From contig CAVPIW010000010.1 in the NCBI GenBank assembly GCA_963705105.1, positions 1 to 64,000 of the forward strand: a DNA stretch of 64,000 nt, in the 5' to 3' direction. The DNA is from an uncultured Nitrospiraceae bacterium. Its GTDB lineage: Bacteria > Nitrospirota > Thermodesulfovibrionia > Thermodesulfovibrionales > Dissulfurispiraceae. Shown one piece after another: positions 44,402-53,643 of this stretch. The notes under the pieces were generated by a model. That model made no database searches. It was not told where the DNA came from and was given only the letters and a program-made list of their open reading frames with translations. Position 1 is the first letter of the stretch, and each line of letters begins with the position of its first letter. Position numbers and translations under genes: made by a program.

Positions 44402-47031
44402 CGTCTCCTCCTGATCCATTTTTCGGTTTCCACTGCAAAGAATACCACAGATGACATCGCAAGTGTAAAGACCAGTTCATGAAAACTCAGCGGCCTCGTT
44501 TTGAAGACGGGATGGAGAAAGGGGACATAAATCGTCGCCATTTGCAGGACGAGCGTAAGGGCAAATGCGCCCAGGAGGGGCCTGTTCGATGACAGGCCCT
44601 GGCTGAAGAGGGACCGGCTCTCGGACCGTATGGCGAGCACGTGGCCCATCTGGCTGAGACAGAGGACGGTGAAGACCATGGTCTGCCAGTTTGCAGACCC
44701 CGTCTTCAGGGACCAGGCCTGGGTGATCAGGGAGACCCCTCCCATGAGCAGCCCGACCCAGATGATGTGCGCGCCGAGGCCATGGGCAAAGATGCTCTCG
44801 GAAGGATGGCGCGGAGGCCTTTCCATGATCCCCTTTTCCGCGGGCTCGGCGGCCAGGGCAAGCCCTGGCAGGCCGTCCGTCACGAGATTGATCCAGAGGA
44901 TGTGCACCGGCAGGAGGGGAATCGGGAGGCCCAGGAACGGTGCGAGGAAGATCGTCCAGATCTCTCCCGAATTGCTCGTCATCGTGTATTTGATGAATTT
45001 GCGGATGTTGTCGAACACCCTGCGTCCCTCTTTCACGGCCCTCACGATCGTCGCAAAGTTGTCGTCCATCAGGATCATGTGGGACGCCTCTTTTGAGACG
45101 TCGGTCCCCGTGATCCCCATGGCGATGCCGATGTCGGCACGTCTGAGAGCCGGGGCGTCGTTGACGCCGTCACCGGTCATGGCGACGAACTGTCCCCTGT
45201 CCTGGAGCGCCTTGATGATCTTCAGTTTCTGCTCGGGCGCCATGCGGGCATAGACACTGATGCCTTCAACCTTTTCGTCGAATTCGGCTATCGGCATCCC
45301 CTCGAGTTCCTGCCCCGTCATCACCGCCGCGGAATCGTCCTCAAGGATGCCCAACCGTCGGGCGATCGCCTCAGCCGTTGCCGGGTGATCACCTGTAATC
45401 ATGACAGGTCTGATGCCGGCGGATTTGCAAAGCGCTACGCTTCCGGCCGTCTCCTCCCGGGGGGGATCGATGAGGCCGACGAGGCCGATGAAGGTGAGAT
45501 CACTCTCGGCTGAACCGGGAGTGAGTGCATCGGGAAGCCGGTCCCATCTCTTCATGGCGACGGCAAGGACCCGAAGGCCTTCCGACGACATCCTGTCGCT
45601 TGCGCTGATGATTTGCGAGGCATCGGCTGCCTTGATTCCGCCAGTCGTCAACATGTCTGTCGATGCGCTGATGAGGGTCTCGACGGCGCCTTTCGTGAAG
45701 GAGATGACAGCGCCGTCATTACCGGCGTGGACCGTTGTCATGGCCTTTCTCTGCGCATCGAAGGGTATCTCGCCAACGCGGCGAAAAGCGGTTTCCAGGT
45801 CTTCCTTCCCGTATCCCATGTGCCGGGCGAACCGGTACAGGGCAATCTCCGTCGGGTCACCCGTCACCTCGCCGTCTCCGGAGACCCTGACGTCATTGCA
45901 GAGCGCGAGGGCGAGGAGCAGGCGGTCGAGGGTTCCCGTAAGTCCGGGGACTTCATTTGCCGCGCGGGGCTGAAGCTCCCCGATGCCGGCGACCCTGCCG
46001 TCGATCCACACCTTTTCGACGGTCATCCTGTTAAGGGTCAGCGTGCCTGTCTTGTCGGAGCAGATGTAGGTGACGGAGCCGAGGGTCTCGACGGCGGGGA
46101 GTTTCCGGATGATCGCATTCTGGGATACCATTTTCCTGGCCGCAAGGGCGAGTGAGATGGTCACGACGGCGGGCAAGGCTTCGGGGATGGCAGCGACGGC
46201 GAGGGAGATGGCCGTGAGGAGCATCAGCACGGGTTCCTGTCCCCTCATGACGCCGATGAGAAATATGACGGCGCAGAGGGCGAAGACGGCGAGGGCGAGC
46301 CTCCGGCCGAAGTGGGCGAGCCTCTTCTGGAGAGGGGTCCTTACCTCCTCCTCCTGGATCATGGCGGCGATCTTCCCGAGTTCCGTCTCCATGCCTGTGG
46401 CGGTGACGATACCCGAGCCGCGGCCGTTGACGACGACGGTGCCTTTGTAGGCCAGGTTCTTCCGGTCGCCAAGTGGGATGGATCCGCCGGGAATGGACGA
46501 GGTGTGTTTCTCCACCGCCACCGATTCTCCCGTCAGGGCCGATTCGTCGATCCTGAGGACGAAGGCCTCGGTGATCCTCATATCGGCGGGAACGATCCGC
46601 CCCGACTCCAGCATGACCACATCTCCGGGAACGATTTCAGCGGAGTGTATGCTGAAGGGTCTGCCGTCCCTGACGGTTTCTGCGGACGGCGTCGACATTT
46701 TTTTCAGCGCCTCCATCGCCTTTTCTGCCCTGTATTCCTGGACGAACCCGATGACGGCGTTGAGTATCACTATGACGAGGATCGCGATGGTGTCGATGTG
46801 CTCTCCGATGATGCCTGATATGATCGACGCTGCGATGAGGACGAGGATCATGAAGTCCCGGAATTGACCGAGGAACATCATGAAGTGGGAGCGGCGCTTC
46901 TTTTCCCTGAGCTCGTTGGGGCCGGCGGTCAGGAGTCTCCGGCGGGCCTCGTCGGCCGTCAGACCCAGGGGAGAAGAATGCAGCTCTTCGAAGACTTCAG
47001 AGAGCTCCTTTTCGTGCCAGTAGGTCTTCAA
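44386..47031 (-). CDS. P-type (P2, Ca2+/Mn2+-type) cation-transporting ATPase
   Basis: LTGES, AAIPEALP, CSDKTGTLT, KGA, DPPR, TGD, MTGDGVNDAPAL, WINLVTDGLP. Confidence 0.95.
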   Translation of the reverse strand: MKTYWHEKELSEVFEELHSSPLGLTADEARRRLLTAGPNELREKKRRSHFMMFLGQFRDFMILVLIAASIISGIIGEHIDTIAILVIVILNAVIGFVQEYRAEKAMEALKKMSTPSAETVRDGRPFSIHSAEIVPGDVVMLESGRIVPADMRITEAFVLRIDESALTGESVAVEKHTSSIPGGSIPLGDRKNLAYKGTVVVNGRGSGIVTATGMETELGKIAAMIQEEEVRTPLQKRLAHFGRRLALAVFALCAVIFLIGVMRGQEPVLMLLTAISLAVAAIPEALPAVVTISLALAARKMVSQNAIIRKLPAVETLGSVTYICSDKTGTLTLNRMTVEKVWIDGRVAGIGELQPRAANEVPGLTGTLDRLLLALALCNDVRVSGDGEVTGDPTEIALYRFARHMGYGKEDLETAFRRVGEIPFDAQRKAMTTVHAGNDGAVISFTKGAVETLISASTDMLTTGGIKAADASQIISASDRMSSEGLRVLAVAMKRWDRLPDALTPGSAESDLTFIGLVGLIDPPREETAGSVALCKSAGIRPVMITGDHPATAEAIARRLGILEDDSAAVMTGQELEGMPIAEFDEKVEGISVYARMAPEQKLKIIKALQDRGQFVAMTGDGVNDAPALRRADIGIAMGITGTDVSKEASHMILMDDNFATIVRAVKEGRRVFDNIRKFIKYTMTSNSGEIWTIFLAPFLGLPIPLLPVHILWINLVTDGLPGLALAAEPAEKGIMERPPRHPSESIFAHGLGAHIIWVGLLMGGVSLITQAWSLKTGSANWQTMVFTVLCLSQMGHVLAIRSESRSLFSQGLSSNRPLLGAFALTLVLQMATIYVPFLHPVFKTRPLSFHELVFTLAMSSVVFFAVETEKWIRRRRWQMS

Positions 47032-47065
47032 TCAGAAATGCCGATGCTGTGAGTACGGTGCACCG

Positions 47066-47572
47066 TTATGAGGACCCGGACCCTTTCTGCCGCATGGCTG
47101 CCGACTTTTCTTCAAGGGACGCCCTTGTCTTGTCCCGGAATGAATCAAGTGCGGCTGCGATTTCAGGATACTTGATCGACAGTATCGAGCAGGCGAGATA
47201 GGCCGCGTTTTTTGCACCGTCGATCGCCACTGTCGCCACGGGAACGCCCGGGGGCATCTGCACCGTCGAGTACAGGGCGTCGACACCGCCGAGGGCGCCG
47301 GACTTGAGGGGGACGCCGATGACGGGCAGGGTGGTGTGGGCCGCGATCACCCCTGCAAGGTGTGCTGCCATGCCCGCGCCGGCGATGAGTACCTCGATGC
47401 CGCGCTCACGGGCCGTCCTGGCATAGGCGGCCGTCTTGTCAGGAAGGCGATGGGCCGAGCTGATATCGATCTCGAAGGGCACTCCCATCTCCCTGAGCAC
47501 GTCCGCCGCCTTTTCCATGACCGGGAGGTCGCTCTCGCTCCCCATGAGGATTCCAACGAGTGGTTTCTGCAT
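47066..47572 (-). CDS. purE: N5-CAIR mutase
   Basis: [38 protein letters not shown]. Confidence 0.96.
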   Translation of the reverse strand: MQKPLVGILMGSESDLPVMEKAADVLREMGVPFEIDISSAHRLPDKTAAYARTARERGIEVLIAGAGMAAHLAGVIAAHTTLPVIGVPLKSGALGGVDALYSTVQMPPGVPVATVAIDGAKNAAYLACSILSIKYPEIAAALDSFRDKTRASLEEKSAAMRQKGSGSS

Positions 47573-47665
47573 CCTGTCCTCCTGACGCAAGATTCAAAAT
47601 TCGATCTATTTTACCCCACTTGTGTCCAAAATATTAACCCGGCAACAGAACGGAAGAATTGCACC

Positions 47666-47866
47666 ATGCCTTGTCATTCCGGCTTGTCCTCGCAGGGTCG
47701 AGGATAGGTCCGGAATCTTACGTGCGGGGTTGCGGCAATGACAATGGCGCCGGCAATTATGAAATAATCGGCGGTGTAAGAGGTGCGGCGAGATTTTGGA
47801 GACGGGGATAGGGTGTGGTTTCTGAAGCAAAATTCACGGGTACTGTGAACGGCGGCGGGAGCCGAA
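47666..47866. repeat. Family D REP-like element (47666-47743) and partial family C copy (47806-47866)
   Basis: Match 23833-23925 and 42209-42269 respectively. Confidence 0.7.
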
Positions 47867-47920
47867 AAAGAGAATTCGATAGGATCCGGGAGCGGTCCCC
47901 CGGATCCCTTTACCTTTTTG

Positions 47921-48125
47921 TTGCATGCAAAGGCGGGACAAAGTGCCTCAAAGCCTTGCTGATAGCGAGCATGATTATTTGAAATGGGACATTCGGGATC
48001 TCATCTTTTATGCGATCAACCATAGGCCTTAAATGATCCTTATGGGACGGCATAGGTTTCGCAGCACCAAGGCTTTTCGGCATCTTCGCCCCGCCTTTCC
48101 GGATGTCTTATTGCAACGATAAGGT
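47921..48125 (+). repeat. Repeat family A copy 8 (reference short subtype)
   Basis: ttgcatgcaaaggcgggacaaagtgcctcaaagccttgctg...cagcaccaaggcttttcggcatcttcgccccgcctttccggatgtcttattgcaacgataaggt. Confidence 0.9.
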
Positions 48126-48134
48126 TTATTCTGA

Positions 48135-48983
48135 CTAACCGCTCATTCTCATCGCCTTGAGGCGGGCGATACGCTCCTCCATGGGGGGGTGGGTGCTGAA
48201 GAGCTTCATGAGCGCGCCGCCCGAGAGGGGGTTGACGATGAACATGTGGGACGTGGCCGGGTTTGCATTCATCGGGACGCGGTGAGCGGCCACTTCGAGC
48301 TTTCCGAGCGCATTGGCGAGACTCATCGGGTTGCCGGCGATCATCGCGCCGCCTTCATCGGCGCCGAACTCCCTCGACCGGGATATGGCCATCTGCACGA
48401 GCATCGCCGCGATGGGGCCGACGATCATCATGACGATCGTGGCGACGGGGCTGCTTCCCTCGTCATCGTCGCTCCGTCCTCCGCCGAAGATCATCGCCCA
48501 CTGCGCCATCTGGGCCAGATAGCTGATGGCTCCCGCGATGGCGGCGGCGATGGTGCTCACAAGGATGTCGCGGTGCTTGATATGGGCGAGTTCGTGAGCG
48601 ATGACGCCCTCCAGCTCATCCCTGGAGAGAATTTTCATAATGCCCGTCGTCACCGCGACGGTGCCGTGCTCGGGGTTTCTTCCCGTGGCGAAGGCGTTCG
48701 GCTGGTCCTGGTTGATGATGCAGACCTTGGGCATGGGCAATTCGGCCCTCTGGGCAAGCCTCCTCACGATGTTGTACAGGTCCGGCGCCTCCGACTCCGT
48801 CACCTCTCTGGCGCCGTACATCCTGAGCACGATCTTGTCACTGAACCAGTAGGCGATGAAGTTCATGCCGAAGGCCATGACGAGAGCCATTGTCATGCCC
48901 GTTCTCCCGCCGATAAATGCGCCCACCATGACCAGCATCAGTGTGAGCGTGACCATCAAGAGCATTGTTTTGAAACTGTTCAT
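48135..48983 (-). CDS. htpX: Membrane zinc metalloprotease HtpX
   Basis: [32 protein letters not shown]. Confidence 0.96.
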   Translation of the reverse strand: MNSFKTMLLMVTLTLMLVMVGAFIGGRTGMTMALVMAFGMNFIAYWFSDKIVLRMYGAREVTESEAPDLYNIVRRLAQRAELPMPKVCIINQDQPNAFATGRNPEHGTVAVTTGIMKILSRDELEGVIAHELAHIKHRDILVSTIAAAIAGAISYLAQMAQWAMIFGGGRSDDDEGSSPVATIVMMIVGPIAAMLVQMAISRSREFGADEGGAMIAGNPMSLANALGKLEVAAHRVPMNANPATSHMFIVNPLSGGALMKLFSTHPPMEERIARLKAMRMSG

Positions 48984-49009
48984 TCTTACCTCCTGTCGGT
49001 TCCTCGCAT

Positions 49010-49050
49010 AAAAAAACCTTTACCAGCGGTCAGAGCGACGCGGTAAAGGT
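49010..49050 (-). terminator. Riboswitch-coupled intrinsic terminator
   Basis: acctttaccgcg...cgctggtaaaggt followed by a T run; its 5' arm is the 3' strand of aptamer P1. Confidence 0.8.
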
Positions 49051-49143
49051 CTCGCTTGTTAGGGTCCCTAACTCAATGGTACCGGTCCGCCTGACACAGA
49101 CGGACGTGCTGACGATCACCATCGATTCAGCTACTCCCCTTTA
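49044..49143 (-). ncRNA. yybP-ykoY (Mn2+-sensing) riboswitch upstream of htpX
   Basis: Minus strand reads taaaggggagtagc...atcgtcagcacg...ccgg...gcgagaccttta, matching the family hallmarks with the P1 stem closed. Confidence 0.85.
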
Positions 49144-49149
49144 TGATTC

Positions 49150-49179
49150 ATAGTATCCGAATAAATGTACTGTTGTCAA
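49150..49179 (-). promoter_or_regulatory. sigma70 promoter for the riboswitch-htpX transcript
   Basis: TTGACA, 18 bp spacer, TACTAT, ending a few nt upstream of the aptamer. Confidence 0.65.
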
Positions 49180-49196
49180 GGGATTGATCGGGCCTG

Positions 49197-49676
49197 TCAC
49201 GACTTCGGGGCAGGGCGGATGCCGATGGCTTCGAGCTCTTTGATCACCATCGCGACAAGGGTATCGATCCCTGACTGTATCGTCCCGGACAGATCGAGAC
49301 CCGTGTCGATCCGCTCCGGCTCTATCCCGATGAGCACGATGTGCCGGGGCATCCGGTCGGTGATCTGCGCGACGGCCAGGAGGTCCGACAGACCCAGTTG
49401 ATGGGGCGATATCTTGCTCGACAGGAAGACCGGTACGTCCTTGCCCTCGAGCCTGACGATCGTCCCCGGCGGGTTCCCGGACTTCACGACGTCGACGATG
49501 ATGACGTTCTCTTTGTCCTCAATGTACGGGAGAAGCTCCAGCCCCATGGTGCCGCCGTCGATCACCTCGACGTCGTCGGGCATATGGTATGCCGCGAGCA
49601 GTTTCTCTATGACACGGACACCGGCGCCCTCGTCCATGAGGAGGATATTGCCGATGCCGAGAATGGTGACAGCCAT
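49197..49676 (-). CDS. hybD: Hydrogenase maturation protease (HyaD/HybD family)
   Basis: ILGIGNILLMDEGAGV, IDGGTMG, SPHQLGL. Confidence 0.92.
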   Translation of the reverse strand: MAVTILGIGNILLMDEGAGVRVIEKLLAAYHMPDDVEVIDGGTMGLELLPYIEDKENVIIVDVVKSGNPPGTIVRLEGKDVPVFLSSKISPHQLGLSDLLAVAQITDRMPRHIVLIGIEPERIDTGLDLSGTIQSGIDTLVAMVIKELEAIGIRPAPKS

Positions 49677-49693
49677 CAATTTTATCCTCCCTG

Positions 49694-49764
49694 TGGGGTC
49701 AGGTCTTGAATATTGACAATTGACCGTGCTCTGTTATGCAATCAATATTCAAGACCTGACCCCA
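49694..49764. repeat. Perfect 23-bp inverted repeat (REP-like)
   Basis: tggggtcaggtcttgaatattga / tcaatattcaagacctgacccca. Confidence 0.85.
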
Positions 49765-49793
49765 TAAAAGAGGCAGGCCCGGGCCTGCCTCTT
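49764..49793 (-). terminator. Intrinsic terminator after the hydrogenase large subunit
   Basis: aagaggcaggcc/ggcctgcctctt stem with a minus-strand T tract. Confidence 0.6.
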
Positions 49794-49820
49794 CAGAGTA
49801 TACGCGATGCGTGTGCGTTT

Positions 49821-51521
49821 CTAAAAGGCCTTGACCTTCACGATCTCCCGGCGCTTAGTGTCGACCATGTGAATGGCGCAGGCGAGGCAGGGGTCGAAGG
49901 AATGGATGGTCCTGAGGACTTCGAGGGGGCGCTCCGGATCGGCAACGGGGTTGCCGACCAGTGACGCCTCATAGGGCAGCATCTCGTCCTTGTCGCTCCT
50001 CGGCCCGGCGTTCCACGTCGAAGGGACGACGCACTGATAGTTCTTGATCTTGCCGTTGTTGATGACGATCCAGTGGGAGAGGACACCCCTCGGCGCCTCA
50101 TGGAAGCCTACACCCCTCTGCTCGCCCGTCGGGAAATTGGGACGGTTGTATGTCGTCGTGTCTCCCTTTCCGACGTTGTCGATGAGCAGCTGCCACTGCT
50201 TCCCGAGGCTCTCATACATCACGGCGCACCGGACGGCACGGGCGGCGATCCTGCCGATCGTCGAATGGAGGGCGGCGACAGGGATCTTCGCCTTGGCGAG
50301 GCTGCCCACCGTCGCCAGGACATGGTCGACGTACTTTTTCGTCGGTCCGTGGCCCGCGGCATACATGCACAGGACGTTCGCCAGCGGTCCTACCTGGGCG
50401 GGCTTGTCATAGAAGGTAGGCGCCTTCACCCATGAGTATCTCCCGTTGTCCTGGAAGTCAGTATACTTCGGAACAGTCTCCTCTTCCCAGGGGTGGCGGT
50501 TCCAGTTCCCGTCGTACCAGGCGTGCTTGATCGCTTCCTTGACGCCTTTCTTGAAGTAGTCGTCCTGAAAACTCTTGATCGGCTTGAATGTGCCGACATC
50601 GCCGTTCTCGATGAATCCTCCCGGCAGGTCGAAGACGGTCCCCTTCGTGTCGAGGGGAAGGTCGGGGACGCAGAGGTAGTTCGTCACGCCGGCGCCGTAT
50701 TTCGTCCAGTCGGCATACATGGCCCCGACGGCGCAGACGTCCACGAGGAGGACGTCCTTGACGAAATCGCCGATCTGGTCGATGTGCTCCTTGATTTTGA
50801 AGAGTCGTTCCACGGTGAGCGTTGACGGGCTGTCCAGATTGATGGGGTTTGCCACGCCACCGACGGCGAAGTTCTGGAGCTGCGGGGTTTTACCGCCGAG
50901 GATGCCGGGGATCATGTTGATCTTTCTCTGGAACTCCAGCGCCTGGAGGTAGTGGGCCGTCGCGAGGAGGTTCACCTCGGGCGGCAGTTTCATGGCCGGG
51001 TGGCCCCAGTATCCGTTGTCGTATATGCCGAGCTGACCGGAGCCGACAAAGGCCTTCAGCCGGTCCTGTGTCGCCTTCATCACCTTGTAGTTGTTCAACG
51101 GCCACGGAGACAGGCTCTCGCCGAGCTGGGCCGCCTTTTTCGGGTCCGCCTTCAGGGCCGAGACGATATCGACCCAATCAAGGGCGCAGAGATGATAGAA
51201 GTGGACGATATGGTCGAACACGGCATGGGACGTGATGATCATGTTGCGGATGTACTGCGCATTCAGGGGAATTTCCATGTTGAGCGCATTCTCTACCGAC
51301 CTCACCGAGGCCAGCGCATGGACGGATGTTCAAACGCCGCAGATGCGCTGGGCAAACACCCAGGCGTCGCGCGGGTCCCTACCCTGCAGGATCACCTCGA
51401 TGCCTCTCCACATCTGTCCCGATGACCAGGCGTTGGTGACTTTGCCCCCGTCGATTTCACAGTCTATACGGAGATGGCCCTCTATTCTCGTGATCGGATC
51501 AATGGTGATTCTTTTACCCAT
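49821..51521 (-). CDS. hybC: Hydrogenase-2-type [NiFe] large subunit, 566 aa, with in-frame UGA at codon 64 (putative selenocysteine)
   Basis: ORFs 51330..51521 and 49821..51305 are the same frame, joined by TGA plus 8 sense codons. [42 protein letters not shown]. Confidence 0.9.
51295..51315 (-). promoter_or_regulatory. Putative bacterial SECIS element
   Basis: GCUGGCCUC-GGU-GAGGUCGGU: 9-bp stem including G-U pairs, starting 15 nt after the UGA, with a G-initiated apical loop 24-26 nt downstream. Confidence 0.7.
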
Positions 51522-51536
51522 ATATTCCTCCTATAT

Positions 51537-52673
51537 TTATGCGTGCCTGAGATCAGGCAGCACAGGCACTTTCTTGACGATTATGAGGTATCCCATAATC
51601 TCGATCGAGATTATCCCAAGGGTGATCATAATCTCGCCGAATGACGGGAAGTACAGCCACTCCGTTCCGGGGTTGAACCCGACCAGGTAGGCATTGAACC
51701 GGTAGATCGCTCCTGCCAGGAGCATGAGCGCCGATGAGATGAAGAGCGACTGCGGCTTTGCCCTGCCGGACGGGGCGAAGAGCATGAGCATGGGGATGAT
51801 GTAGAGGATGTTCTCGAGGAGGAACATATTCCCCTTGAGATCGCCCTTGAAGGCGAGGCCGAGCTGTCCCCTCACGAGAAGGTCCCCGAAACGGATCGCG
51901 AGATAGACGGCGATCAGCCAGGGGATGATGCCGGCGATTTTTCTGAGGATCGGTGTCTCAAAGGGCCGCTTCAATCCCACCGAGGAGATGACCGATTCCA
52001 GGACAACAGTGGAATACCCCATGGTGACGACGGAGATGATGAACAGGAGCGGGAGAAATCCCGTGTGCCAGAGCGGTGAGAGCTTGCTCCCGGCGATCAG
52101 CAGGACCGACCCCAGCGAAGACTGGTGCATCGTCGGCAGCAGGATCCCGAGGGCGATGAATACGAAGATGAACTTGTTGAGTGTCTTCCGCAGGTTGTCC
52201 GCTTTGGTCTGCTCGAGGTAGGCAGGGGCCATCTCGATCCAGAGGACGCCCGTATAGAGGGCGATGCAGAGCGCCACCTCCAGGAGGACGGAATTGACGT
52301 TGATATACTGCGGCAGAAAGACGTTGTACATCTGCCAGTAACGGCCGATGTCGACAAAGACCGAGACGGCCGCCATCGTGTATCCGAAGAGGCTCGTCAG
52401 CACGGCGGGCCTGATGAGGGGATGATATTCCCCCTTGTTGAGGACATAGACAAGGATCGCCATCGCATAGCCGCCGCACCCGAGGGCCGTTCCCACGACG
52501 ACGTCATAGGCGATCCAGATGCCCCAGGCATAGCCGTCGTTCATGTTCGTCACGGCGCCGATGCCGTAAATGAACCTCTTGGCGAGATAGTAGGCGGCGA
52601 CGAGAGCGAATACCATGAGGACCATAAAGGGTTTCGTCAGGATTTTACCACCGATCGGTTTGCTTTCCTCCAT
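51537..52673 (-). CDS. hybB: Hydrogenase-2 integral membrane subunit (NrfD/HybB family)
   Basis: GYAWGIWIAYDV, DIGRYWQ, LPTMHQSSLGS, PLWHT, YFPSFGEI. Confidence 0.92.
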   Translation of the reverse strand: MEESKPIGGKILTKPFMVLMVFALVAAYYLAKRFIYGIGAVTNMNDGYAWGIWIAYDVVVGTALGCGGYAMAILVYVLNKGEYHPLIRPAVLTSLFGYTMAAVSVFVDIGRYWQMYNVFLPQYINVNSVLLEVALCIALYTGVLWIEMAPAYLEQTKADNLRKTLNKFIFVFIALGILLPTMHQSSLGSVLLIAGSKLSPLWHTGFLPLLFIISVVTMGYSTVVLESVISSVGLKRPFETPILRKIAGIIPWLIAVYLAIRFGDLLVRGQLGLAFKGDLKGNMFLLENILYIIPMLMLFAPSGRAKPQSLFISSALMLLAGAIYRFNAYLVGFNPGTEWLYFPSFGEIMITLGIISIEIMGYLIIVKKVPVLPDLRHA

Positions 52674-52698
52674 ACAGTCTCTCCTTTATCTCGATAGC

Positions 52699-53640
52699 CT
52701 ATTTGTGGTGATCGTCGTCGTGCTTCTTCGTGCTCCTGTATGCGGCGAAGAGGAGCCCGGAGAAGACGGCGACAGGGGCGATAAACCCCGTGTAAATGCC
52801 ATGCTGGATTTTCTCGGACAGGACGGCGTCCGATTTATCGGGAAGCATCGGCAGTCCGAGCTTGTCGAAGGGCACGCTCGCAAGCATGAGGTACTGGGTG
52901 CCGCCGCCCTCCTTCTCCCCGTAAATGTGTTTCTGATAGACAGGCACCTCTCTCCTGGACGTGAAGTTCGACTTGATGTGCTGGACAGGATAGTCGTACC
53001 TTTTGCCCGGCTCGAGGGTCAGGCGCTTCCGGGCCTCGGCCAGGAGGTCTTCAACCTTCCCGAAGATGGAGGCCCCGACGGGGCAGACTTCGCAGCAGGC
53101 GGAGAATTTGCCGTCCTTGAACCGGTGATCGCAGAGCTGACACTTCCTGATCTGAGGGAAAGGTTTGTCCCACTCGAATTTTGGGACGTTATAGGGACAG
53201 GCGATCTGACAGTACCGGCAGCCGATGCAGGCATCCTTGTTGTACGTGACAACGCCGTTCTCGGGGTTCTTTTTCAGGGCCGAGACGGGACAGGCCGAAA
53301 CGCAGGCCGGGTCGATGCAGTGCATGCAGTGCCTTTTGACGAAGGAATAGATCTCGCCTTCCTTGTGCAGTTTGATGATGTTCAGTGTCTTGCCCGAGAG
53401 ATCGATCGGGTCGTCATAGAGCTTTTCGACGCTCGTATGATCGGGCGGCATGTTGTTCTGCTGCTTGCACCCGGACACACAGGCCTTGCAGCCGACGCAG
53501 ATGGTCGCGTCATAGAGAATCCCGACGGCCTCCTTCGGCAGTGTCATTGCCTCTCTCGCGAAAGCGGGCTGCACACCCGAGGCCACGAGGAGACCGCCTC
53601 CGACAGCTCCCTTCAGAAAATCACGCCGATTGATACTCAT
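52699..53640 (-). CDS. hybA: Hydrogenase-2 ferredoxin subunit
   Basis: Tat motif NRRDFLK, multiple 4Fe-4S Cys motifs, GEKEGGGTQ, C-terminal anchor. Confidence 0.93.
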   Translation of the reverse strand: MSINRRDFLKGAVGGGLLVASGVQPAFAREAMTLPKEAVGILYDATICVGCKACVSGCKQQNNMPPDHTSVEKLYDDPIDLSGKTLNIIKLHKEGEIYSFVKRHCMHCIDPACVSACPVSALKKNPENGVVTYNKDACIGCRYCQIACPYNVPKFEWDKPFPQIRKCQLCDHRFKDGKFSACCEVCPVGASIFGKVEDLLAEARKRLTLEPGKRYDYPVQHIKSNFTSRREVPVYQKHIYGEKEGGGTQYLMLASVPFDKLGLPMLPDKSDAVLSEKIQHGIYTGFIAPVAVFSGLLFAAYRSTKKHDDDHHK

Positions 53641-53643
53641 GGT

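Noticed and set aside
47921..48125. Family A repeats as integron attC sites
   Set aside because: No RYYYAAC/GTTRRRY boxes, mixed orientation, flanking genes are housekeeping, and no integrase is present.
49821..51521. hybC as two genes or a frameshifted pseudogene
   Set aside because: Both parts are in the same frame, separated only by a TGA at a conserved Cys with a SECIS-like hairpin. A nonsense mutation remains possible but is less parsimonious.
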